From: Basidiobolus meristosporus CBS 931.73
Taxonomy: Eukaryota > Fungi > Basidiobolomycota
Assembly (NCBI GenBank): GCA_002104905.1
Contig: MCFE01000437.1
Location: 1-64,000, forward strand
Direction: 5' to 3'
DNA: 64,000 bases
The notes beneath the pieces are model-generated. The model saw nothing but the letters and a program-made list of their open reading frames with translations. It ran no database searches and was not told the DNA's origin. A program made the translations under genes and the position numbers. Below are positions 37,997-50,500 of the stretch, in pieces (the first letter of the stretch is position 1; every line of letters starts with the position of its first letter).

Positions 37997-38365
37997 TGTT
38001 GCAATTTAAGAAGTGATTTGGATATAAGGAACTTATCAAGAAATAGTGATAATAGTTGAACTGTTGTTTATTCATAAAGAAGCTCAGTATTTATACCTTT
38101 GTAGATGTAATACAGCTGCAACACTAAGTAGGGAGGGTTTCTCCATATTCAGGAGCATTCTGTTACAGTTTCAGGGTTAGTACATAATGTTTGGTAATAG
38201 TGCTTATTTGATCCTGACTATAGGGGAATAATCATAAGATCATATATCTGAAGAGAGTGGCAAAGTTAAGGCAGTAAATGAGTCCTACAGTGACTAAGAC
38301 TAGCCTAGAATTGTTAAGTAAATTTTTAGCTGCTGAATGATACCACATAGTCCAATATTTCAACA
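37997..38365 (-). repeat. Copia 5' LTR
   Basis: Direct repeat of 33703-34071, followed on the minus strand by the PBS and the gag ATG at 37960. Confidence 0.95.
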
Positions 38366-38989
38366 GTTTCAAGCACTATCTGATATCAAGGGTAACATCA
38401 GCTAGTTGAGTGGGGCATTTGCTGGAAGTAGGGTATGACAAAGCACTCTGGGTAGAATCATCCACAATTTAGTAGAGGGGAGAGATGTATGACAGACTTA
38501 GCTCATACAGGAGAGGATTTTCAGAGATCAAGATGTATTACAGCTGATAGGAAGCCCAGAAATGGTGTGCTCAGCATGGAGCAAAAGCTCTACAACAGGA
38601 TTCTAATCATCTAAGAGTGAGGGTCAAACATATATTTAGATAGATAAGAAGATACTGCATATTAGCTAGTTAACACAGAGCAAAGTCATACATGAGAGAA
38701 AACAGCAACGTACGTAAAATAGTCAAAATACTTCTTAATGAGCAGTATACGCATACAAGAAGACCCTTGTGGCAAGAAATATGTGTGGAGCATTATTAAT
38801 ATTAAGTAAAGTAGGAAAAGCACTATTGTGAGGTAAATCAGATTGATTGAGTATAAACAGCAGTGATTATATCCTACCACCAGGACAAAGGTTAGAATTA
38901 AGGTGCTAGATTGATCTGGTGCAATCAATTGCTTGTCACTATGCGGCACTATCCAAGAAAACAAGTCTGATAAGCACCAATACAATATG

Positions 38990-41590
38990 TGGTTGGCCTT
39001 GGTTGATTTGGCAATTTGGGCATGTTTTCACTAGCTTCTAATGTCATGTTCCATTCTGGGCCACCATGCTCTAGCTTTCACAAGGCTATAGGTTCCTTCG
39101 ATTCCAAGATGTCCATATCCATTGTGTAACTTATGTATTAAATCCAGGCAAAAAACATAAGGGTAATAGGCAATAGGGCTTCCATCAACAATTTGGTAGA
39201 GTGTCTCATCCTGTACTACAAAGTTGCTGGCTTCATCCCAGATTATCTTCTTGTTATCTTCATCCACCTCTGTTGGAGCAGCTTGGTCCTCCAAGTGCTT
39301 TAGTAACAAGCTAGTTCAATCTGATTCATGCACTAAGTAGAGTTGCTCAACTTGTACTAATCTTGATAAGGAGTTAGCAACTGTGCTGTTTTTTCCAGCG
39401 TAGTAGACAATCTCCAAATGAAATAGCTGAATGTGTTCACTGATTTTGTCATTCTTCTAGAGAGTACCTTCCAAGTAAAATATACTGGAGCAAGGCATGA
39501 TTAGTCTTCCCAGTGCATTTGACTCCTTCAATATAGCATATGCAAGTCTTCAAACAGTGTATATTAGCAAACATCTCCTTCTCATGCACTGGATAGTTGT
39601 GTTCTGCTGAGTTCAGTTTCTTGGATTCAAAGGCAATGGGGTTGACTTTTCCCTTGTGTTCTTGGCTCAACACTCTACCAATTGCATAATCTGAGGCATC
39701 TGTACACATAGTAAGCTCTTTTGTGAGGTAAGGTATTCTTAAGCTTGGTAGCTTAGCAAGTTCAATGTTGAGCATCTGGAAGGCAGTCTCACATGCTGTA
39801 TCCCACTTGTGGGTATTGTCTTTCTTGAGGGTATCAGTTAAAGGGGCGGCAATACTTGCAAAAGACTTGACAAATCTCCAGTAATAGGAAATCATTCCAA
39901 GGAATGATCTGAGCTCTGATATGCTATGGGGCTGTTTCAGATTTTTGATAACTTCATCCTTCTTAGGGTCTAAGGTTACTCCTGCGCTAGTCACTTTGTG
40001 TCCCAGATATTCAATGTATTCTTTGAAGAATTCACACTTGGATAGCTTGCCATAAAGCTTGTTCTCTCTTAGCTACTTCAAGACCTTTTCAATGTGCACC
40101 AAGTGATCCTCTTCCGTCTTGCTGTTTATCAATATATGATCTAGGTATATTATCACAAACTTGTCTAGGTACTCCTGGAAGACAGTCTGCATCAGTGTCA
40201 TGAATGATGCAGGGGTGTTGGTGAGGCCCAAACTTATGACTTAGTACTTGTGATGTCCATATCTGGTACTGAATGCTGTCTTATGGATGTCTTCTGGCTT
40301 CACCCAAATCTGGTTATATCCTGACATGAGGTCAATCTTGCTGAAAATAGTGGCTTCATTGAGCTGGTCCAAAAGCTTATCAATCCAAGGTATGGGGTAC
40401 TCATTCTTCACAGTAACTGAGTTGAGTGCTCTTCAGTCAAATCACATCCTAAGTGCTTCATCCTTCCTCTTCACAAAAAGCACTGGTGCTCCCCAAGGTG
40501 ACTTGCTGGGTCTAATATATCCTTGATCCAGTAACTGATCTATTTGTCTCTTCATCTCTTCCAAATTCAATGGACTCATTCTGTAGGGCTTCTTACTCAC
40601 TGAAGGGCTACCTCCTGTTTCAATGGCATGATCCACATCTCTGACTTGTGGTAGGCATACAAGCTCATCTGGAAATACGTCTGAATATTCCTTCAAAGAG
40701 TCTAGACCTTCTGGGGTTTCCGGAATGTCTCCCCCAAGACAAAGGATATCTTGCTCCTTGATCACAATCAACCTATGGTGCTATGTTGTCTAAAAATATA
40801 TCTTAGGCAGTTTGCAAACTCCCTCTAGACCAGTCCAAACCTCACTGTGTTGTGAGTGGTGTTGTTTGTGCACCATTGAGAAAGCCATTTTGTTGGCATC
40901 CCTGAAGAAAAGTACCTGCATGAGGTATGTCTTTCCTCAGAATTTCATGAAGCTGCATATGGTGTGCACATGGTTGTCCCAGGAATCTAGCAGTCATTGC
41001 TAATGATGAAAAGTCCCTAAGTAAGGCATATTGAAAGAAGTTCTCCTAGTCAAAGGATCCCAGAAGATTGTTGGTTAGTCAACAACAAAAGATTTGTTAT
41101 TTGCCTCATTTGAGGGATGTTCAGAGAATCACTGACTGATTCAGTTTGTCTCAAGATGAGGTTGTGGTTATAGTGGCAGTCAGCTCTCTCAATAACCTCT
41201 GACTGATTTATTTGCTGCTACCAATGTTACAAGTCTTGGTATAAGAGTTGTAGAGGAATAGGGAGTTTAGCTAGTATTGTATTCACTAAAACTTAAACTG
41301 ATTTTTATTGAGGTTCCAGCAGCTCCTTATGTACATTTTGCTAGATCAATTGCTGACTAATTGTATTTCCTTATTTAGGCTGTGGCTGATGACTCATTTG
41401 ATTGCACCATCAGCATCCAATAAGATCCTACTTAATACATCTATTTCTGTATGATAAGGATCTGCAGATTAATTTGCAGACTATGCTACTGATATGATAG
41501 ATAATGCTGATATACTGATAACCTAAGCATATACTAATTGATTTGACTAAAAGCTGTTCCAACTCAAACATTCAAGCAGCAGAACATAAC
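38990..41590 (-). mobile_element. Decayed Ty3/gypsy element: 5' LTR, RT, RNase H and start of integrase; most of gag/PR is missing
   Basis: ORF 40442-40771 (PYRMSP..EEMKRQIDQLL.QGYIRPSKSPWGAPVLFVKRKD), ORF 39449-39994 (LRSFLG..YY...TDASDYAIG..LSQ) and ORF 39031-39309 (LH..YGHLGIE..WWPRM). LTR at 41225-41590 and PBS TTGGTAGCAGC at 41214-41224. Confidence 0.88.
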
Positions 41591-43135
41591 TCCAGCATAA
41601 AGAAATACATTCCCAGTGGTAAAGCATCTGTTGATCAGATCCTTACCCAAAACAAAATAACTTTAACCGTCAAATTTTTGCTTATTACCTGCTCCAGGAT
41701 ATTCCAATACCATATTCATAGCACCTTATAGATATTTGAAAATCTGCTTAGCTGCTGTAATTTGATCCAATCCATAATTCTGCATGAGCTGACAGACTAT
41801 TCCAACTGCTACTGCAATATCTGCACCTGTAGACACCATCAAGTACATTGCCTACTAACCATTGATTGATTTTTTGGTCCATATTTGTGCTGTGTTCACC
41901 CAAAACTGGCTGAGATTTTCTCAATTTCAGATTATTGTCCATAGTGGTAGCTGCAGGCTTACAACTTTCTTGTTTGAGGCACCTATCATTGACTATTCAC
42001 CTGATTCCTCTGTACACATATATAGTTTCTTGCAAATCCCCATTTAGAACGGCTGTCTTGACATCCACTTGGTGTAGATTTACACTGTATACAGCTGCCA
42101 GTACTAGAACTGTCTTAATGGAGTTAAACTTGGCAACTAGAGCAAATGCTTCATTTAAGTGTAGTCCCTGGATCTGAGAACAGTCTTTAGCCACCAATCT
42201 AGCCTTCTACTTATTGATGGTACAATTTGAGGTTACTTTGATCTTGTAAACCCATTTACATCCTATTGGCTTTCTCCCAACTGGTAAATCTACCAGTTTG
42301 CACATTTTTGCTTTGATCAGTAATTGGTACTCCTCCTACATGACTTGTTGCCACATAGTAGCATCTGGAATTTGCATTGCCTGTTCCAGACACTGAAGTT
42401 TGACACATAGGGCAAGATAAGCCTCTTGACAATCAGTAGATGTTTGTCACCAGAATCAAGGGCATTTCTTAGTGAGTAGATCTCCTGCAGACTGTGCTGC
42501 ATGACCTGGAATGGTACAATGGACCAAATCTACCATACTTCTTTGGCTTGCTGGGTTCTAACTCCTCTTAGAAATACACTGTTGTTTGCTTTGTATTGAT
42601 TCTCTATTGAACAATACACAAACTGGTTTGTGCCATTGAGCATCTCAGGTTAGTGTACAGAAATCCAGTCTTTGAGTAGTTGCATTACTCACATGGAGTA
42701 GGTTCTTAGCTATTCCCAGTGCATAGAGTGGGTCAGTCAGTTTTGTTGTTGTTGCCCCTGAAGAATCAGTCTTATTTAGCTATATAAACTCAATGGCAGT
42801 AGCATGCAGTGCAAAGTCATTTCCAATGTGATCTGTTCCAACTGGAATAGACTTCCAGTTGCTATGTCACTGCATTTCACCACAAAAATGCTTTGATGCT
42901 CCAAAGTCAGTATACTACTCTCTACTGCGGTTACTTGCACTCTGTTGTACAATTACAAATACCTGTCCATCTATTGTTATGTGGTTTGCCTACTCTAGTT
43001 TCCATTGTTTGGCTGCCTGTCTCTTCTTGTATTTTCTTGCCCAGTGTTGAGGCTTCTTACAGTAAATACAGCAACCAGATTTACTTTGGTCTGTTGCTTT
43101 CCCTTCTTTTCTGTGTGCCTCTAAGGATAAGTGGT
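41591..43135 (-). mobile_element. Decayed, internally deleted Ty1/copia copy 3
   Basis: ORF 41997-42197 (LVAK..SQIQG...FALVAKFNSI) and ORF 42990-43193 (CIYCKKPQHWARK) match the 33703-38365 element. Confidence 0.75.
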
Positions 43136-45140
43136 AGAAATCAACCACTTCAGCTTCATGCTTGAAGTTTAGACCATTCAAATTGCATTGCAAACTTCAC
43201 ACACAAAAGCTACATATGTGTCAAGTTGGCATTGATAATCTGCTTTTGGATAAATCCGCCTATATTATCTGCATATGACTCTCCATATTTTTACTGTACT
43301 CTTGATAAAGAATTCAGAAAGCCACTTAAATAAATATATATGTAGTTCATGCAGTCCATGCACTTGTAGAGTTTCATATGCATATGAGCACTAATTAGAG
43401 CTTGCAAGAAATACTTTGTGTAGCAGATACTCTCTTATATCTTGCCAATTCTCTGAAATTTACTTCTATCTCAAATGGTACACTTAGCATGAAATGCCCC
43501 ATATATAACTTGATAACTAGTATTGGGACATTGTTGAGAAGCAAAAGCATTGCTCCCAAAGGAGAGCTTTGACTCCAACTAACACCCTTCATTTTAGGTA
43601 TATCTGGTAGTTGATTAATTTTGTAGTGTGGTAAATGGCTTAGTGCTTGCCAACTTTACTGAAATGGCACTCTAACTTCTGTGCATTCTCTCTCCCTATG
43701 AGAAGTTTTGTTGACAAACATGTCAATAGGCTATAACAAAGCTAAAGTCCCATGCATAGGAGGTAGTGATCCTGTCAGGACACCATGCAGAGATTGTTGA
43801 AGATCTTTGACCACAGGATTTCACAAAATACTGAATCATATTTCTCTACACTACATTGCATCAGTGACTTTTGATTGGTCCTCTGCTAATTCTTGTACTT
43901 TCTGAACCCAGATATCCAGTCACCTCCTATGCTAGTATGTGTTGATTGGCTATTGCCTCTTTTCACAATCCATACTTCCTAACCAGCACCATGTTTTACT
44001 TTTTATGTGTACAATTTGTCAAATTTTCTTTTAATCATCAGTTGTAAGTTGACTTCAAGCTTTACTGATCTATACATGTCCTCCTACCCAACACCTACAT
44101 TAGTTCAAACCTCACACTCAGCACATAACCTCATAAACATCCATCATTCACGATATATTTCTGCTAAGATTCCCAAGTCAAAGCCCCTGGCAGGAACCCC
44201 ACAGAATTATGCAATGTATTATTCACTAGCCCCTTTACATCCTGGTCCTCAGCCAGTGCTGTAAGGTCTAGCATCTCATTGTCCATCTTTGCAATAAATC
44301 CTTGCAATTTTCAAGCAAGTTCTCTTGAGTAGCAATCTACATCAAGTGCTGTAACTTTTTGCTGTGCCTAATATTGCCCCAAAGTTACATTTTAAGCATT
44401 GCAATAGTCATCAAGTTCTTTGCAGTTGTTACTTAATTAGTCATTGTGATTTTCACTCTCTTTGCAAATGATGATAGTCAGGTAGTGTTTATGTCCAAAC
44501 AAAAAGTGGTACAGAATTCTTGAACAGTTTAACTGAACATAAGTGACAACTGAATACAGAACCTTAGAGTTGTCAGAGTATGGCAGATATATTTGCTGAG
44601 AGGTTCTGGTCTAATATTAGTCTTGTAGACAGCTGGGATTGGCAATAATGGCAACAGAGTTGGCTTGCTATGCAGGCTAGGCTTGGGTAGAAGCAAGGAC
44701 AGAATTGTTAGATTCTTAATTTTGTTGTGACACAATTTCAATTTTCTTGATATATGCACTTGACCATAAGGCTCATGAAGCTTTACATATACTTTTGGAT
44801 CAAGCTGAATTAGTAAGCACCAAGAAACTGGACTTATTGAAATCAGTGTGCATGTTGATAGGCACATAAGCTTATTGAAAGTGGTATTGTTGATCTGCTG
44901 ATGTCTTGGCAAGTGCTGAATGTGTGGATAGATCACAGATAACTAATCACTAGGGAAGGTTTAACGGAGCAGTTGAGGATGTAATGATCTCATGAGAAGT
45001 GATCAGGTGTGACCACAAAAGATGGAATTTGAGTGGTAAATGAGCCATAACAGAGATTAGTTGTGTTTGGGTTGGGGAAAATCTGTTAGGGCACCAGATT
45101 TTTTAACCAAGTAAATTGGCCATTTCAGATGCTGATGTGC

Positions 45141-45508
45141 TGTTATCATCTGCTGCTTGAATGTTCAAGTTAGATCAGCTTTTAGTCACATCAATTAGTA
45201 TATGCTTGGGTTATCAGTATATCAGTATTATCTATGAAATCAGTAGCATTAGTCAGCCAATGAATCAGCAGATCCTTATCAGACAAAAATAGATATAATA
45301 AGTAGGATCATATTGGGTGATGATGATGCAATCAAATAAGTCATCAGCCACAACCTACATTAGGAAATACAATTAGTCAGCCATTGATCTGGCAAAATGT
45401 ATATAAGGAGCTGCTGGAACCTCAATAAAAATCAGTTCAAGTTTTAGTGAATACAATATCAGCTAAACTCCCTATTCCTCCACAACTCTTATACCAAGAC
45501 TTGTAACA
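45141..45508 (+). repeat. Gypsy solo LTR (368 bp)
   Basis: TGTTATCATC...GACTTGTAACA, colinear with 41225-41590 (inverted) and 47513-47860. No PBS follows. Flanks GTGC/GTAC are only a partial TSD match. Confidence 0.85.
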
Positions 45509-46224
45509 GTACCACACAGTGGTACATATTGACTTTCCTACAAGCTCTTCTACCGCACTCAAGTGTGGATTGACTGGCTGAACATTGAAATGTTCAATCA
45601 AGATTGGCTTTTTTGTTTGGAACTTGTCCTGTTTAGGAGTATAGGTGCAAATTGGCAAGAATTGCAGTTGTTTTCTTATACTTCTCTATCTCTGGCTTGG
45701 GTAGACTTTTTTCCCTTTATATTTTTACTCATCACTGCCAGGTCCTTTGCTGATACTTTGTCTGAGTGCTTCTTGTGTGGAACATTGTTTTCTTAATGAT
45801 AATTGCTGCACTGGTGCATTGGCTTCTGCTTTCCTGTTCCTTATCACAAATCTTCAAGCAATCTGACATTTCTTTTTTTCCTGTTTTGAGCTTTCAGCTG
45901 TGTGGAGGGCTCCCAAGAAAATTGCTGGCTTATATTACTGCCTAGTCCTTCATTGCTACATAGACTGTAGGCTTCCTGAGTAGAGCTATGCCTTTTCCTT
46001 GATAAATGTGGTACAGGAACACCCCTTATAGGTACTCTTCCAGCTACCTATGTTATTTGCTGCTTATCTAGAGCTTTTAGCCCTACTTGCAATGAGCTTT
46101 TGTCTTTAGCTATGGTACACTTGCTCCTCCGGCCCTAATAGCTAGCACACTTCATGAAACCTATTCTCAGCATGCTTAAAATCTGTTTGCTTGTTTGAGT
46201 CTAGGACAATGTTCATGGAACAGG

Positions 46225-46603
46225 TTTTGAGTACTATTTGCAGTACCCAATCTTTGCCCAAGAGTTCTCCTGAGAGTCCTACCCAAAGTCCCCTAGTATC
46301 CTCCCTATGATTCCCCTACACGTTCTCCCTCCTATCCCTGCCCTTATCTAGTTAGAGCACTTACCATAACAGGAAAGTGCTCATGCCCCTATTTTATGAT
46401 GCACTGTCTGTTATCTAAGCCCCACCAAGTGATATATATACATATCAAATTGAACCAAGTGCAAGGACAGGAAGATTTGGATGGAAATAAACACAAGTCT
46501 TGATTGCCTTGCTACCTTCTATTGGAAGCTATTCTGAACCAAGTGGTACAAACTTGACCTACAAGCTCTCCCACTCACAAAGTACAGTCAGTAATAACCC
46601 ACA
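46225..46603. repeat. Probable solo LTR of a further family (about 379 bp) inserted in ORF X
   Basis: The host sequence atggaacagg|tcaag is restored on removal, with (A)CAGG duplicated on both sides. Contains a TATATATA box, AAATAAA and CCCT-rich short repeats. The left end reads TT rather than TG. Confidence 0.6.
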
Positions 46604-47512
46604 CAGGTCAAGCACATTCTGCTTGGCCTTGAGTTCTTGATGGTAACATGTTATGCTGGCCTGAAGACAATGGCATGCTAGGACTCTTACAACCTCAATA
46701 ATACTAGCCAATTCTTCATCAATGCACTGAACAGCTCCACAAATCTTCAAAGTCTTTTGGACTTTGCCACAAACACCACTATCTCTCCCACACAAGCTTT
46801 GTTGAGTTTGTCATGCATATGACAGAGAGTCAAATCAAAGTGGAAATAGTCTTACTTATATGTGTGTGCAGTGCCACAATTTCTATAATGCTTACATTGA
46901 TGTGTCATCCTTGGATCTTAATTATATCAGGGTACAAAGTCTCAAGTAGAAGACTGTCTTAAATTTACATGAGTATAATTACAAAAGTGATCTAAAAGCA
47001 TTACATCATTGAGTGTCAAGCTGTTTGCCTAATGGAAAAGCCTAATTTGATTGAACGCTGTAAGAAAAGAGAAAAAAGACCATGTAAATACTGTAGCAAG
47101 CCTCCCAGCCATGCAGCACACAGACAGCATGGGAAATACCGCAAGGATCATAACCAGAGTTTTGTAACATTAGCAATATTTACTTATTGATCATTCACTA
47201 CTGTGCCAACAATTTTGGGCTTGCTACCAGATACTTCTACAATGGTATCTAGAAGTATGTGCCATCTTGCGCAAACTGAGCCAGGTGAGTTTGTCATGCC
47301 TGTAGGCTCATCTCAGCCTTCTGAATATGGCAAACAGGGTGATAGTTCTGAATTATATGTCTCACTGATGGATTATGAGCCTAAGTTCTCCAACAACAGT
47401 ACCTTGAATGAGCCTGGCAAAATTCTGATTTGTGCTGATTCAATACAAATAGAAAAATGCCATATATACCTATGGAGCTAAGTGGGTGCATTAAGTCATC
47501 TAATGGTGAATG

Positions 47513-50500
47513 TGCCATGATATACTGCATGAATGTTTAAGTTAGGTCAGTTTTTAATCAATTTAATTAGTTTCATGTTTGGCCTATCAGCATATCAGTG
47601 TTATCTATTAGATTAGTAGAATTGGTCAGCAGAAGAATTATCAGATCCTTATCACATAGAAATTGATATATTAGGCAACATATATTTGAGCAATGCTGAT
47701 GCCATCAAATGAGTCAACAGCCACAACCTACATTATGGAATACAATTAGTCAGCAATTTACTTGATAAAATGTATATAAGGAGCTGCTGCAACCTTAATA
47801 ATGATCAATTAAAGCTAAACTGTGTATACCTTGACTATTCTTTTATCAAGACTTATCAAATTGGTAGCAGCAATAAATAGAAACCTTCCCCAAAGAAAGA
47901 AGAAGCCCCCCCCTCAAGATGACAGAAAATCAAGAATGGAAGAATGCTATGCAGCAAATCCTGGCCCAGTAGCAATGGTAACTCCTGATCCTTAGCCAGC
48001 AGCAACAAGGAATGGCTACCATGGAACAGAACCAGCAAAACATTGTCAAGAGCATCTCTAGTGCTCAGGTCAACCAGTACCATGGTAGAGTCAATGAAAA
48101 CCTGGGAACTTGGCTCTTCCAAATTAAGGAAGCTTTCAAGGCCAGGGAACTGCTCCAGAAAGCAAGTTGCATTATGCAGCTTCTTACTTAACTGATGCAG
48201 CTTTACAGTGGCACCACAACAAGATCATGCTGGCCACTATGATGGGTACTCTTCAATCTCTACCTGGGATGCATTTGTGTTGGAAATTCATGATACTTTT
48301 GAGCCCCTTCACCAGCAGTAACTACTGAGAAGGAAGCTCAAGACACTGTGACAGAAAGGTATGGACCTAGAACAAATCTATGAATACAGATGTCTTCCTG
48401 GACAAATTGAACAAATGAACTTCACGGGTCAAGTTGTATACTATATTGATGTGTTGAAGGAAAGAATTTGCAAGGAAGTGAATTATCAGATACCTCAAAC
48501 TATTGAAGAAGCTGTAAAGATTGCCAATGAGTATGACTCAGCTATGTTTGGAGTTGAAATGCCCACAATGACTACTCAGAGAGGCCACAGTAATTATGGA
48601 AGATGACAATCAGAAGTACTGCTAATGGAAATGGACACTATACAGAAGAATGTAAGAACAAGGAACCTTGCTTTCATTGCCACCAGCAAGGACATATTGC
48701 AAAGTACTGCCCTCAGAGAAGAAATGAACACTAGTCACCAAGAATCCTCAGCATTTTGAAGCCCTTGAGCATAGCAACATGGAGGATGAACTTGAAGAAG
48801 ACTCAGAACTCACCTTGCATATAAATGACAAATATGTATCCAAATGACCTCAAGCTCAGGATATCTACTATACTTGAATGGGGTAACTAATGGAGTAGCT
48901 GCCAAATCATGATTGACTCAGGAGCATTGCATGAGTACATGTTAGCGCAATTTGCTTTGAAAGCTGGAATCAACTCAAAACCCACCACATCAACTTCAAT
49001 GCTAACAGGAGATGGGAACTCTCACATAATTGACCATATTATTCAGCCAGTAAGAATGAGGATAAACAACTATGAAGAAAACCTAGAGGCCTTTACATTT
49101 AAGAACTGCAAGTTTGACCTTGTACTTGGAAAAATCTGGCTATTTAGTTGTAATCCATCAATCAACTGTAGAACACAAGCTACTCAGATCCTGACAGACT
49201 AAAAGACCTATGAGCAGTTACCTGCCAGACTGGATTTCAACTTGGTCAACTCTGGTTTGTGTGAAACAAATGAGCTTAGCTAGATATAGTTCTGTAGAGC
49301 ACTTAGAAAAGGTAGCCAGATGCTCCTCATGGCAGTGTCACAGGAAATCTCCTGTACTCTAGCACCCCTGAAGGTCCAGAAACTTTTGAAGGAATATTCA
49401 GATACACTTTCAAATGAACTTGTAAGCCTACCCCTGTCAGAGATGTGGATCAGGCCATTGACACAGGATTTGGCCCCCCAGTAAGTAAGACACCTTACAG
49501 AATGAGTCCATTGAAGTTGGAAGAGATGAAAAGACAAATAGAACAGTTATTGAAGCAAGGATATATCCAACCCAGCAAGTCCACCTGTGGAGCACCAGTA
49601 TTTTGTGAAAAAGAATGATGAAGCACTTAATAGACTTGTTCCATTGGATATTGCCACATTGAGCCAAGAGTGCCAAATGATGCAATAGTGTACCAAGGAG
49701 GCCAAGCAAGCCTATATTTGGCCACTGAGTGTGAAACATAGCTCTGCATCTGCATGCAAAGAGGCCCCTGTGTTTCACTCATTGTGCTGGAGAAAATCTA
49801 TTTTTTGACCTTTTTTTCTGGATCAATGTTTTGCAGGATGTGTAGGAGCACAAAGCAATTGAAGGCATGCATCTGGTACTCAATACCCATGGCACTCTGA
49901 ATCTAGCTTGTGTAGCTTGTATTATGTCACAAAAATGCATGGCACTATCTTGATCCACTGGTACTATCAGGCACTATATATAAATATTAGCCCTAAAGTG
50001 AGACCTATATAAAGCACTTATAGTGCCAGACAGTACCAGTGGACCAAGATAATGCCATGCATTTTTGTGACATGAAACAAGCCACAAGAGCTAGATTCAA
50101 AGTGCCATGGGTATTGAGTATCAGAGGCATGTCTTAAGTCCTTCTGTGCCCTGACACATTTTGAACAATGTTGATCCAAAAAAAAAGGTCAAAAAATGGA
50201 TTTTCTCCAGTACAACAGGTGAAACACAGGGGCTGCTTTGCATGAAGATGCAGAGCTATGTTTCACACTCTGTGGCCAAATATAGGCTCACTTGGCCTCC
50301 CTGGGACACTATGGCATCTTTTGGCACTCATGGCACAATGTGGCACTCTCCAAAGGAACAAGTCTAATGTACATTGACTACAGAGCCCTCAACTCAGGTA
50401 CCATGAAGAATAAGTACCCCGTACCTTAGACTGATGAGCTTTTGGACCAACTCAATGGAGCTACCATATTGAGCATGATTGACTGTATGTCAGGATACAA

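Larger units (their letters stand above)
33703..38365 (-). mobile_element. Near-complete Ty1/copia LTR retrotransposon (4663 bp)
   Basis: Two 369-bp LTRs (TG...CA, 11 differences), perfect TSD GTTTC (33698-33702, 38366-38370), PBS, PPT and gag-PR-IN-RT-RH domain order. Confidence 0.97.
33264..38780 (+). pseudogene. DDE_Tnp_4 transposase of PHIS copy 3, split by the copia element
   Basis: Flanks rejoin as TAC AAG GCA CAC TAT GTG AAG TTT C|AA GCA CTA TCT GAT (YKAHYVKFQALSD), matching YKAHCVKFQALSD of copy 2. The 5' part reads TYSSEWSFLI. Confidence 0.85.
23637..38968. mobile_element. PHIS element copy 3 (inverted relative to copies 1 and 2), expanded to 15.3 kb by nested insertions
   Basis: Left end AGACTTGTCCCATTGCAGCATGCCA (right-type TIR) and right end GGCACTATCCAAGAAAACAAGTCT (left-type TIR); flanks AAT/GAT (one mismatch). 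Internal order is subterminal region 23640-24300, ORF2 (-) 24400-25091 plus 32650-32813, and transposase (+) 33264-33702 plus 38371-38780. Confidence 0.8.
43390..47512. mobile_element. Mosaic of older CMC remnants (Tnp2 piece, subterminal region, ORF X, intergenic region) with solo LTR insertions
   Basis: ORF 43395-43592 (PLGAMLLLLNNVPILVIKLYMGHF), the subterminal aaagtcccatg...gtgatcc at 43745, ORF X pieces at 45560-46800, and the Tnp2 start in ORF 47203-47481. The stretch 44400-45140 is unassigned. Confidence 0.6.
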
